Both the position numbers and the translations under genes were made by a program. DNA of 64,000 bases, from NCBI GenBank assembly GCA_964057225.1, contig CAXKVF010000073.1, positions 124,001 to 188,000 of the forward strand, in the 5' to 3' direction. The DNA comes from Auanema rhodensis (lineage: Eukaryota; Animalia; Nematoda). The notes beneath the pieces are model-generated. The model saw only the letters and a program-made list of their open reading frames with translations. It was not told the DNA's origin and did not search any database. Each line of letters begins with the position of its first letter. Position 1 is the stretch's first letter. Below, piece by piece: positions 14,179-28,700 of this stretch.

Positions 14179-15234
14179 AGCATAAATTAAAGTTCACGTA
14201 AATTTCAAAGTCATGGTTACCATGAAGCAATATCAATAAAAATTTGTTTTTAGACTAATATGGACATGGGGAATCTAATTTTGAAAACCGCATCTCTTTA
14301 TCTTTCACGTGAAGCGAGTTACATACCAAGTGCACATCACGTGTACATTTAATTAGCATAAATTAAAGTTCACGTAAATTTCAAAGTCATGGTTACCATG
14401 AAGCAATATCAATAAAAATTTGTTTTTAGACTAATATGGACATGAGGAATCTAATTTTGAAAACCGCATCTCTTTATCTTTCACGTGAAGCGAGTTACAT
14501 ACCAAGTGCACATCACGTGTACATTTAATTAGCATAAATTAAAGTTCACGTAAATTTCAAAGTCATGGTTACCATGAAGCAATATCAATAAAAATTTGTT
14601 TTTAGACTAATATGGACATGGGGAATCTAATTTTGAAAACCGCATCTCTTTATCTTCCACGTGAAGCGAGTTACATACCAAGTGCACATCACGTGTACAT
14701 TTAATTAGCATAAATTAAAGTTCACGTAAATTTCAAAGTCATGGTTACCATGAACCAATATCAATAAAAATTTGTTTTTAGACTAATATGGACATGGGGA
14801 ATCTAATTTTGAAAACCGCATCTCTTTATCTTTCACGTGAAGCGAGTTACATACCAAGTGCACATCACGTGTACATTTAATTAGCATAAATTAAAGTTCA
14901 CGTAAATTTCAAAGTCATGGTTACCATGCACCAATATCAATAAAAATTTGTTTTTAGACTAATATGGACATGGGGAATCTAATTTTGAAAACCGCATCTC
15001 TTTATCTTCCACGTGAAGCGAGTTACATACCAAGTGCACATCACGTGTACATTTAATTAGCATAAATTAAAGTTCACGTAAATTTCAAAGTCATGGTTAC
15101 CATGCACCAATATCAATAAAAATTTGTTTTTAGACTAATATGGACATGGGGAATCTAATTTTGAAAACCGCATCTCTTTATCTTTCACGTGAAGCGAGTT
15201 ACATACCAAGTGCACATCACGTGTACATTTAATT

Positions 15235-15371
15235 AGCATAAATTAAAGTTCACGTAAATTTTGTTTTTAGACTAATATGGACATGGGGAATCTAATTTTG
15301 AAAACCGCATCTCTTTATCTTTCACGTGAAGCGAGTTACATACCAAGTGCACATCACGTGTACATTTAATT
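15235..15371 (+). repeat. 137-bp deletion monomer, copy 3 (no linked markers)
   Basis: Same junction but consensus AGCATAAA and CTTTCACG. Confidence 0.95.
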
Positions 15372-18300
15372 AGCATAAATTAAAGTTCACGTAAATTTCA
15401 AAGTCATGGTTACCATGCACCAATATCAATAAAAATTTGTTTTTAGACTAATATGGACATGGGGAATCTAATTTTGAAAACCGCATCTCTTTATCTTTCA
15501 CGTGAAGCGAGTTACATACCAAGTGCACATCACGTGTACAGTTAATTAGCATAAATTAAAGTTCACGTAAATTTCAAAGTCATGGTTACCATGAACCAAT
15601 ATCAATAAAAATTTGTTTTTAGACTAATATGGACATGGGGAATCTAATTTTGAAAACCGCATCTCTTTATCTTTCACGTGAAGCGAGTTACATACCAAGT
15701 GCACATCACGTGTACATTTAATTAGCATAAATTAAAGTTCACGTAAATTTCAAAGTCATGGTTACCATGAACCAATATCAATAAAAATTTGTTTTTAGAC
15801 TAATATGGACATGGGGAATCTAAATTTGAAAACCGCATCTCTTTATCTTTCACGTGAAGCGAGTTACATACCAAGTGCACATCACGTGTACATTTAATTA
15901 GCATAAATTAAAGTTCACGTAAATTTCAAAGTCATGGTTACCATGAACCAATATCAATAAAAATTTGTTTTTAGACTAATATGGACATGAAGAATCTAAT
16001 TTTGAAAACCGCATCTCTTTATCTTTCACGTGAAGCGAGTTACATACCAAGTGCACATCACGTGTACATTTAATTAGCATAAATTAAAGTTCACGTAAAT
16101 TTCAAAGTCATGGTTACCATGAACCAATATCAATAAAAATTTGTTTTTAGACTAATATGGAAATGGGGAATCTAAATTTGAAAACCGCATCTCTTTATCT
16201 TTCACGTGAAGCGAGTTACATACCAAGTGCACATCACGTGTACATTTAATTAGCATAAATTAAAGTTCACGTAAATTTCAAAGTCATGGTTACCATGAAG
16301 CAATATCAATAAAAATTTGTTTTTAGACTAATATGGACATGGAGAATCTAATTTTGAAAACCGCATCTCTTTATCTTTCACGTGAAGCGAGTTACATACC
16401 AAGTGCACATCACGTGTACATTTAATTAGCATAAATTAAAGTTCACGTAAATTTCAAAGTCATGGTTACCATGAAGCAATATCAATAAAAATTTGTTTTT
16501 AGACTAATATGGACATGAGGAATCTAATTTTGAAAACTGCATCTCTTTATCTTTCACGTGAAGCGAGTTACATACCAAGTGCACATCACGTGTACATTTA
16601 ATTAGCATAAATTAAAGTTCACGTAAATTTCAAAGTCATGGTTACCATGAAGCAATATCAATAAAAATTTGTTTTTAGACTAATATGGACATGGGGAATC
16701 TAATTTTGAAAACCGCATCTCTTTATCTTTCACGTGAAGCGAGTTACATACCAAGTGCACATCACGTGTACATTTAATTAGCATAAATTAAAGTTCACGT
16801 AAATTTCAAAGTCATGGTTACCATGAACCAATATCAATAAAAATTTGTTTTTAGACTAATATGGACATGGGGAATCTAATTTTGAAAACCGCATCTCTTT
16901 ATCTTTCACGTGAAGCGAGTTACATACCAAGTGCACATCACGTGTACATTTAATTAGCATAAATTAAAGTTCACGTAAAATTCAAAGTCATGGTTACCAT
17001 GAACCAATATCAATAAAAATTTGTTTTTAGACTAATATGGACATGGGGAATCTAATTTTGAAAACCGCATCTCTTTATCTTTCACGTGAAGCGAGTTACA
17101 TACCAAGTGCACATCACGTGTACATTTAATTAGCATAAATTAAAGTTCACGTAAAATTCAAAGTCATGGTTACCATGAACCAATATCAATAAAAATTTGT
17201 TTTTAGACTAATATGGACATGGGGAATCTAATTTTGAAAACCGCATCTCTTTATCTTTCACGTGAAGCGAGTTACATACCAAGTGCACATCACGTGTACA
17301 TTTAATTAGCATAAATTAAAGTTCACGTAAATTTCAAAGTTATGGTTACCATGAAGCAATATCAATAAAAATTTGTTTTTAGACTAATATGGACATGGGG
17401 AATCTAATTTTGAAAACCGCATCTCTTTATCTTTCACGTGAAGCGAGTTACATACCAAGTGCACATCACGTGTACATTTAATTAGCATAAATTAAAGTTC
17501 ACGTAAATTTCAAAGTCATGGTTACCATGAACCAATATCAATAAAAATTTGTTTTTAGACTAATATGGACATGGGGAATCTAATTTTGAAAACCGCATCT
17601 CTTTATCTTTCACGTGAAGCGAGTTACATACCAAGTGCACATCACGTGTACATTTAATTAGCATAAATTAAAGTTCACGTAAATTTCAAAGTTATGGTTA
17701 CCATGAAGCAATATCAATAAAAATTTGTTTTTAGACTAATATGGACATGGGGAATCTAATTTTGAAAACCGCATCTCTTTATCTTTCACGTGAAGCGAGT
17801 TACATACCAAGTGCACATCACGTGTACATTTAATTAGCATAAATTAAAGTTCACGTAAATTTCAAAGTCATGGTTACCATGAAGCAATATCAATAAAAAT
17901 TTGTTTTTAGACTAATATGGACATGGGGAATCTAATTTTGAAAACCGCATCTCTTTATCTTTCACGTGAAGCGAGTTACATACCAAGTGCACATCACGTG
18001 TACATTTAATTAGCATAAATTAAAGTTCACGTAAATTTCAAAGTCATGGTTACCATGAACCAATATCAATAAAAATTTGTTTTTAGACTAATATGGACAT
18101 GGGGAATCTAATTTTGAAAACCGCATCTCTTTATCTTTCACGTGAAGCGAGTTACATACCAAGTGCACATCACGTGTACATTTAATTAGCATAAATTAAA
18201 GTTCACGTAAATTTCAAAGTCATGGTTACCATGAAGCAATATCAATAAAAATTTGTTTTTAGACTAATATGGACATGGGGAATCTAATTTTGAAAACCGC

Positions 18301-19067
18301 ATCTCTTTATCTTTCACGTGAAGCGAGTTACATACCAAGTGCACATCACGTGTACATTTGATTAGCATAAATTAAAGTTCACGTAAATTTCAAAGTCATG
18401 GTTACCATGAACCAATATCAATAAAAATTTGTTTTTAGACTAATATGGACATGGGGAATCTAATTTTGAAAACCGCATCTCTTTATCTTTCACGTGAAGC
18501 GAGTTACATACCAAGTGCACATCACGTGTACATTTAATTAGCATAAATTAAAGTTCACGTAAATTTCAAAGTCATGGTTACCATGAACCAATATCAATAA
18601 AAATTTGTTTTTAGACTAATATGGACATGGGGAATCTAATTTTGAAAACCGCATCTCTTTATCTTTCACGTGAAGCGAGTTACATACCAAGTGCACATCA
18701 CGTGTACATTTAATTAGCATAAATTAAAGTTCACGTAAATTTCAAAGTCATGGTTACCATGAAGCAATATCAATAAAAATTTGTTTTTAGACTAATATGG
18801 ACATGGGGAATCTAATTTTGAAAACCACATCTCTTTATCTTTCACGTGAAGCGAGTTACATACCAAGTGCACATCACGTGTACATTTAATTAGCATAAAT
18901 TAAAGTTCACGTAAATTTCAAAGTCATGGTTACCATGCACCAATATCAATAAAAATTTGTTTTTAGACTAATATGGACATGGGGAATCTAATTTTGAAAA
19001 CCGCATCTCTTTATCTTTCACGTGAAGCGAGTTACATACCAAGTGCACATCACGTGTACATTAAATT

Positions 19068-19204
19068 AGCATGAATTAAAGTTCACGTAAATTTTGTTTT
19101 TAGACTAATATGGACATGGGGAATCTAATTTTGAAAACCGCATCTCTTTATCTTCCACGTGAAGCGAGTTACATACCAAGTGCACATCACGTGTACATTT
19201 AATT
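19068..19204 (+). repeat. 137-bp deletion monomer, copy 4
   Basis: Same junction and linked markers as copy 1. Confidence 0.95.
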
Positions 19205-19908
19205 AGCATAAATTAAAGTTCACGTAAATTTCAAAGTCATGGTTACCATGAAGCAATATCAATAAAAATTTGTTTTTAGACTAATATGGACATGGGGAAT
19301 CTAATTTTGAAAACCGCATCTCTTTATCTTTCACGTGAAGCGAGTTACATACCAAGTGCACATCACGTGTACATTTAATTAGCATAAATTAAAGTTCACG
19401 TAAATTTCAAAGTCATGGTTACCATGAAGCAATATCAATAAAAATTTGTTTTTAGACTAATATGGACATGAGGAATCTAATTTTGAAAACCGCATCTCTT
19501 TATCTTTCACGTGAAGCGAGTTACATACCAAGTGCACATCACGTGTACATTTAATTAGCATAAATTAAAGTTCACGTAAATTTCAAAGTCATGGTTACCA
19601 TGAAGCAATATCAATAAAAATTTGTTTTTAGACTAATATGGACATGGGGAATCTAATTGTGAAAACCGCATCTCTTTATCTTTCACGTGAAGCGAGTTAC
19701 ATACCAAGTGCACATCACGTGTACATTTAATTAGCATAAATTAAAGTTCACGTAAAATTCAAAGTCATGGTTACCATGAACCAATATCAATAAAAATTTG
19801 TTTTTAGACTAATATGGACATGGGGAATCTAATTTTGAAAACCGCATCTCTTTATCTTTCACGTGAAGCGAGTTACATACCAAGTGCACATCACGTGTAC
19901 ATTAAATT

Positions 19909-20045
19909 AGCATGAATTAAAGTTCACGTAAATTTTGTTTTTAGACTAATATGGACATGGGGAATCTAATTTTGAAAACCGCATCTCTTTATCTTCCACG
20001 TGAAGCGAGTTACATACCAAGTGCACATCACGTGTACATTTAATT
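19909..20045 (+). repeat. 137-bp deletion monomer, copy 5
   Basis: Same junction and linked markers as copy 1. Confidence 0.95.
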
Positions 20046-20573
20046 AGCATAAATTAAAGTTCACGTAAATTTCAAAGTCATGGTTACCATGAACCAATAT
20101 CAATAAAAATTTGTTTTTAGACTAATATGGACATGGGGAATCTAATTTTGAAAACCGCATCTCTTTATCTTTCACGTGAAGCGAGTTACATACCAAGTGC
20201 ACATCACGTGTACATTTAATTAGCATAAATTAAAGTTCACGTAAATTTCAAAGTCATGGTTACCATGCACCAATATCAATAAAAATTTGTTTTTAGACTA
20301 ATATGGACATGGGGAATCTAATTTTGAAAACCGCATCTCTTTATCTTCCACGTGAAGCGAGTTACATACCAAGTGCACATCACGTGTACATTTAATTAGC
20401 ATAAATTAAAGTTCACGTAAATTTCAAAGTCATGGTTACCATGCACCAATATCAATAAAAATTTGTTTTTAGACTAATATGGACATGGGGAATCTAATTT
20501 TGAAAACCGCATCTCTTTATCTTTCACGTGAAGCGAGTTACATACCAAGTGCACATCACGTGTACATTTAATT

Positions 20574-20710
20574 AGCATAAATTAAAGTTCACGTAAATTT
20601 TGTTTTTAGACTAATATGGACATGGGGAATCTAATTTTGAAAACCGCATCTCTTTATCTTTCACGTGAAGCGAGTTACATACCAAGTGCACATCACGTGT
20701 ACATTTAATT
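20574..20710 (+). repeat. 137-bp deletion monomer, copy 6 (no linked markers)
   Basis: Same junction with consensus flanks, like copy 3. Confidence 0.95.
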
Positions 20711-22646
20711 AGCATAAATTAAAGTTCACGTAAATTTCAAAGTCATGGTTACCATGCACCAATATCAATAAAAATTTGTTTTTAGACTAATATGGACATG
20801 GGGAATCTAATTTTGAAAACCGCATCTCTTTATCTTTCACGTGAAGCGAGTTACATACCAAGTGCACATCACGTGTACAGTTAATTAGCATAAATTAAAG
20901 TTCACGTAAATTTCAAAGTCATGGTTACCATGAACCAATATCAATAAAAATTTGTTTTTAGACTAATATGGACATGGGGAATCTAATTTTGAAAACCGCA
21001 TCTCTTTATCTTTCACGTGAAGCGAGTTACATACCAAGTGCACATCACGTGTACATTTAATTAGCATAAATTAAAGTTCACGTAAATTTCAAAGTCATGG
21101 TTACCATGAACCAATATCAATAAAAATTTGTTTTTAGACTAATATGGACATGAACAATCTAATTTTGAAAACCGCATCTCTTTATCTTTCACGTGAAGCG
21201 AGTTACATACCAAGTGCACATCACGTGTACATTTAATTAGCATAAATTAAAGTTCACGTAAATTTCAAAGTCATGGTTACCATGAACCAATATCAATAAA
21301 AATTTGTTTTTAGACTAATATGGAAATGGGGAATCTAAATTTGAAAACCGCATCTCTTTATCTTTCACGTGAAGCGAGTTACATACCAAGTGCACATCAC
21401 GTGTACATTTAATTAGCATAAATTAAAGTTCACGTAAATTTCAAAGTCATGGTTACCATGAACCAATATCAATAAAAATTTGTTTTTAGACTAATATGGA
21501 CATGGGGAATCTAATTTTGAAAACCGCATCTCTTTATCTTTCACGTGAAGCGAGTTACATACCAAGTGCACATCACGTGTACATTTAATTAGCATAAATT
21601 AAAGTTCACGTAAATTTCAAAGTCATGGTTACCATGAACCAATATCAATAAAAATTTGTTTTTAGACTAATATGGACATGGGGAATCTAATTTTGAAAAC
21701 CGCATCTCTTTATCTTTCACGTGAAGCGAGTTACATACCAAGTGCACATCACGTGTACATTTAATTAGCATAAATTAAAGTTCACGTAAATTTCAAAGTC
21801 ATGGTTACCATGAAGCAATATCAATAAAAATTTGTTTTTAGACTAATATGGACATGGGGAATCTAATTTTGAAAACCGCATCTCTTTATCTTTCACGTGA
21901 AGCGAGTTACATACCAAGTGCACATCACGTGTACATTTGATTAGCATAAATTAAAGTTCACGTAAATTTCAAAGTCATGGTTACCATGAACCAATATCAA
22001 TAAAAATTTGTTTTTAGACTAATATGGACATGGGGAATCTAATTTTGAAAACCGCATCTCTTTATCTTTCACGTGAAGCGAGTTACATACCAAGTGCACA
22101 TCACGTGTACATTTAATTAGCATAAATTAAAGTTCACGTAAATTTCAAAGTCATGGTTACCATGAACCAATATCAATAAAAATTTGTTTTTAGACTAATA
22201 TGGACATGGGGAATCTAATTTTGAAAACCGCATCTCTTTATCTTTCACGTGAAGCGAGTTACATACCAAGTGCACATCACGTGTACATTTAATTAGCATA
22301 AATTAAAGTTCACGTAAATTTCAAAGTCATGGTTACCATGAAGCAATATCAATAAAAATTTGTTTTTAGACTAATATGGACATGGGGAATCTAATTTTGA
22401 AAACCACATCTCTTTATCTTTCACGTGAAGCGAGTTACATACCAAGTGCACATCACGTGTACATTTAATTAGCATAAATTAAAGTTCACGTAAATTTCAA
22501 AGTCATGGTTACCATGCACCAATATCAATAAAAATTTGTTTTTAGACTAATATGGACATGGGGAATCTAATTTTGAAAACCGCATCTCTTTATCTTTCAC
22601 GTGAAGCGAGTTACATACCAAGTGCACATCACGTGTACATTAAATT

Positions 22647-22783
22647 AGCATGAATTAAAGTTCACGTAAATTTTGTTTTTAGACTAATATGGACATGGGG
22701 AATCTAATTTTGAAAACCGCATCTCTTTATCTTCCACGTGAAGCGAGTTACATACCAAGTGCACATCACGTGTACATTTAATT
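22647..22783 (+). repeat. 137-bp deletion monomer, copy 7
   Basis: Same junction and linked markers as copy 1. Confidence 0.95.
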
Positions 22784-25700
22784 AGCATAAATTAAAGTTC
22801 ACGTAAATTTCAAAGTCATGGTTACCATGAAGCAATATCAATAAAAATTTGTTTTTAGACTAATATGGACATGGGGAATCTAATTTTGAAAACCGCATCT
22901 CTTTATCTTTCACGTGAAGCGAGTTACATACCAAGTGCACATCACGTGTACATTTAATTAGCATAAATTAAAGTTCACGTAAATTTCAAAGTCATGGTTA
23001 CCATGAAGCAATATCAATAAAAATTTGTTTTTAGACTAATATGGACATGAGGAATCTAATTTTGAAAACCGCATCTCTTTATCTTTCACGTGAAGCGAGT
23101 TACATACCAAGTGCACATCACGTGTACATTTAATTAGCATAAATTAAAGTTCACGTAAATTTCAAAGTCATGGTTACCATGAAGCAATATCAATAAAAAT
23201 TTGTTTTTAGACTAATATGGACATGGGGAATCTAATTTTGAAAACCGCATCTCTTTATCTTTCACGTGAAGCGAGTTACATACCAAGTGCACATCACGTG
23301 TACATTTAATTAGCATAAATTAAAGTTCACGTAAAATTCAAAGTCATGGTTACCATGAACCAATATCAATAAAAATTTGTTTTTAGACTAATATGGACAT
23401 GGGGAATCTAATTTTGAAAACCGCATCTCTTTATCTTTCACGTGAAGCGAGTTACATACCAAGTGCACATCACGTGTACATTAAATTAGCATGAATTAAA
23501 GTTCACGTAAATTTCAAAGTCATGGTTACCATGAACCAATATCAATAAAAATTTGTTTTTAGACTAATATGGACATGGGGAATCTAATTTTGAAAACCGC
23601 ATCTCTTTATCTTTCACGTGAAGCGAGTTACATACCAAGTGCACATCACGTGTACATTTAATTAGCATAAATTAAAGTTCACGTAAATTTCAAAGTCATG
23701 GTTACCATGAACCAATATCAATAAAAATTTGTTTTTAGACTAATATGGACATGGGGAATCTAATTTTGAAAACCGCATCTCTTTATCTTTCACGTGAAGC
23801 GAGTTACATACCAAGTGCACATCACGTGTACATTTAATTAGCATAAATTAAAGTTCACGTAAATTTCAAAGTCATGGTTACCATGAACCAATATCAATAA
23901 AAATTTGTTTTTAGACTAATATGGACATGGGGAATCTAATTTTGAAAACCGCATTTCTTTATCTTTCACGTGAAGCGAGTTACATACCAAGTGCACATCA
24001 CGTGTACATTCAATTAGCATAAATTAAAGTTCACGTAAATTTCAAAGTCATGGTTACCATGCACCAATATCAATAAAAATTTGTTTTTAGACTAATATGG
24101 ACATGGGGAATCTAATTTTGAAAACCGCATCTCTTTATCTTTCACGTGAAGCGAGTTACATACCAAGTGCACATCACGTGTACATTTAATTAGCATAAAT
24201 TAAAGTTCACGTAGATTTCAAAGTCATGGTTACCATGAACCAATATCAATAAAAATTTGTTTTTAGACTAATATGGACATGGGGAATCTAATTTTGAAAA
24301 CCGCATCTCTTTATCTTTCACGTGAAGCGAGTTACATACCAAGTGCACATCACGTGTACATTTAATTAGCATAAATTAAAGTTCACGTAAATTTCAAAGT
24401 CATGGTTACCATGAACCAATATCAATAAAAATTTGTTTTTAGACTAATATGGACATGGGGAATCTAATTTTGAAAACCGCATCTCTTTATCTTTCACGTG
24501 AAGCGAGTTACATACCAAGTGCACATCACGTGTACATTTAATTAGCATAAATTAAAGTTCACGTAAACTTCAAAGTCATGGTTACCATGAAGCAATATCA
24601 ATAAAAATTTGTTTTTAGACTAATATGGACATGGGGAATCTAATTTTGAAAACCGCATCTCTTTATCTTTCACGTGAAGCGAGTTACATACCAAGTGCAC
24701 ATCACGTGTACATTTAATTAGCATAAATTAAAGTTCACGTAAATTTCAAAGTCATGGTTACCATGAACCAATATCAATAAAAATTTGTTTTTAGACTAAT
24801 ATGGACATGGGGAATCTAATTTTGAAAACCGCATCTCTTTATCTTACACGTGAAGCGAGTTACATACCAAGTGCACATCACGTGTAAATTTAATTAGCAT
24901 AAATTAAAGTTCACGTAAATTTCAAAGTCATGGTTACCATGCACCAATATCAATAAAAATTTGTTTTTAGACTAATATGGACATGGGGAATCTAATTTTG
25001 AAAACCGCATCTCTTTATCTTTCACGTGAAGCGAATTACATACCAAGTGCACATCACGTGTACATTTAATTAGCATAAATTAAAGTTCACGTAAATTTCA
25101 AAGTCATGGTTACCATGAACCAATATCAATAAAAATTTGTTTTTAGACTAATATGGACATGGGGAATCTAATTTTGAAAACCGCATCTCTTTATCTTTCA
25201 CGTGAAGCGAGTTACATACCAAGTGCACATCACGTGTACATTTAATTAGCATAAATTAAAGTTCACGTAAATTTCAAAGTCATGGTTACCATGAAGCAAT
25301 ATCAATAAAAATTTGTTTTTAGACTAATATGGACATGGGGAATCTAATTTTGAAAACCGCATCTCTTTATCTTTCACGTGAAGCGAGTTACATACCAAGT
25401 GCACATCACGTGTACATTTAATTAGCATAAATTAAAGTTCACGTAAATTTCAAAGTCATGGTTACCATGAACCAATATCAATAAAAATTTGTTTTTAGAC
25501 TAATATGGACATGGGGAATCTAATTTTGAAAACCGCATCTCTTTATCTTTCACGTGAAGCGAGTTACATACCAAGTGCACATCACGTGTACATTTAATTA
25601 GCATAAATTAAAGTTCACGTAAATTTCAAAGTCATGGTTACCATGAAGCAATATCAATAAAAATTTGTTTTTAGACTAATATGGACATGGGGAATCTAAT

Positions 25701-28700
25701 TTTGAAAACCGCATCTCTTTATCTTTCACGTGAAGCGAGTTACATACCAAGTGCACATCACGTGTACATTTAATTAGCATAAATTAAAGTTCACGTAAAT
25801 TTCAAAGTCATGGTTACCATGAACCAATATCAATAAAAATTTGTTTTTAGACTAATATGGACATGGGGAATCTAATTTTGAAAACCGCATCTCTTTATCT
25901 TTCACGTGAAGCGAGTTACATACCAAGTGCACATCACGTGTACATTTAATTAGCATAAATTAAAGTTCACGTAAATTTCAAAGTCATGGTTACCATGAAC
26001 CAATATCAATAAAAATTTGTTTTTAGACTAATATGGACATGGGGAATCTAATTTTGAAAACCGCATCTCTTTATCTTTCACGTGAAGCGAGTTACATACC
26101 AAGTGCACATCACGTGTACATTTAATTAGCATAAATTAAAGTTCACGTAAATTTCAAAGTCATGGTTACCATGAACCAATATCAATAAAAATTTGTTTTT
26201 AGACTAATATGGACATGGGGAATCTAATTTTGAAAACCGCATTTCTTTATCTTTCACGTGAAGCGAGTTACATACCAAGTGCACATCACGTGTACATTTA
26301 ATTAGCATAAATTAAAGTTCACGTAAATTTCAAAGTCATGGTTACCATGCACCAATATCAATAAAAATTTGTTTTTAGACTAATATGGACATGGGGAATC
26401 TAATTTTGAAAACCGCATCTCTTTATCTTTCACGTGAAGCGAGTTACATACCAAGTGCACATCACGTGTACATTTAATTAGCATAAATTAAAGTTCACGT
26501 AGATTTCAAAGTCATGGTTACCATGAACCAATATCAATAAAAATTTGTTTTTAGACTAATATGGACATGGGGAATCTAATTTTGAAAACCGCATCTCTTT
26601 ATCTTTCACGTGAAGCGAGTTACATACCAAGTGCACATCACGTGTACATTTAATTAGCATAAATTAAAGTTCACGTAAATTTTAAAGTCATGGTTACCAT
26701 GAACCAATATCAATAAAAATTTGTTTTTAGACTAATATGGACATGGGGAATCTAATTTTGGAAACCGCATCTCTTTATCTTTCACGTGAAGCGAGTTACA
26801 TACCAAGTGCACATCACGTGTACATTTAATTAGCATAAATTAAAGTTCACGTAAATTTCAAAGTCATGGTTACCATGCACCAATATCAATAAAAATTTGT
26901 TTTTAGACTAATATGGACATGGGGAATCTAATTTTGAAAACCGCATCTCTTTATCTTTCACGTGAAGCGAGTTACATACCAAGTGCACATCACGTGTACA
27001 TTTAATTAGCATAAATTAAAGTTCACGTAAACTTCAAAGTCATGGTTACCATGAAGAAATATCAATAAAAATTTGTTTTTAGACTAATATGGACATGGGG
27101 AATCTAATTTTGAAAACCGCATCTCTTTATCTTTCACGTGAAGCGAGTTACATACCAAGTGCACATCACGTGTACATTTAATTAGCATAAATTAAAGTTC
27201 ACGTAAATTTCAAAGTCATGGTTACCATGAACCAATATCAATAAAAATTTGTTTTTAGACTAATATGGACATGGGGAATCTAATTTTGAAAACCGCATCT
27301 CTTTATCTTTCACGTGAAGCGAGTTACATACCAAGTGCACATCACGTGTACATTTAATTAGCATAAATTAAAGTTCACGTAAATTTCAAAGTCATGGTTA
27401 CCATGCACCAATATCAATAAAAATTTGTTTTTAGACTAATATGGACATGGGGAATCTAATTTTGAAAACCGCATCTCTTTATCTTTCACGTGAAGCGAGT
27501 TACATACCAAGTGCACATCACGTGTACATTTAATTAGCATAAATTAAAGTTCACGTAAATTTCAAAGTCATGGTTACCATGAACCAATATCAATAAAAAT
27601 TTGTGTTTAGACTAATATGGACATGGGGAATCTAATTTTGAAAACCGCATCTCTTTATCTTTCACGTGAAGCGAGTTACATACCAAGTGCACATCACGTG
27701 TACATTTAATTAGCATAAATTAAAGTTCACGTAAATTTCAAAGTCATGGTTACCATGAACCAATATCAATAAAAATTTGTTTTTAGACTAATATGGACAT
27801 GGGGAATCTAATTTTGAAAACCGCATCTCTTTATCTTTCACGTGAAGCGAGTTACATACCAAGTGCACATCACGTGTACATTTAATTAGCATAAATTAAA
27901 GTTCACGTAAATTTCAAAGTCATGGTTACCATGAAGCAATATCAATAAAAATTTGTTTTTAGACTAATATAGACATGGGGAATCTAATTTTGAAAACCGC
28001 ATCTCTTTATCTTTCACGTGAAGCGAGTTACATACCAAGTGCACATCACGTGTACATTTAATTAGCATAAATTAAAGTTCACGTAAATTTCAAAGTCATG
28101 GTTACCATGCACCAATATCAATAAAAATTTGTTTTTAGACTAATATGGACATGGGGAATCTAATTTTGAAAACCGCATCTCTTTATCTTTCACGTGAAGC
28201 GAGTTACATACCAAGTGCACATCACGTGTACATTTAATTAGCATAAATTAAAGTTCACGTAAATTTCAAAGTCATGGTTACCATGAACCAATATCAATAA
28301 AAATTTGTTTTTAGACTAATATGGACATGGGGAATCTAATTTTGAAAACCGCATCTCTTTATCTTTCACGTGAAGCGAGTTACATACCAAGTGCACATCA
28401 CGTGTACATTTAATTAGCATAAATTAAAGTTCACGTAGATTTCAAAGTCATGGTTACCATGAACCAATATCAATAAAAATTTGTTTTTAGACTAATATGG
28501 ACATGGGGAATCTAATTTTGAAAACCGCATCTCTTTATCTTTCACGTGAAGCGAGTTACATACCAAGTGCACATCACGTGTACATTTAATTAGCATAAAT
28601 TAAAGTTCACGTAAACTTCAAAGTCATGGTTACCATGAAGCAATATCAATAAAAATTTGTTTTTAGACTAATATGGACATGGGGAATCTAATTTTGAAAA

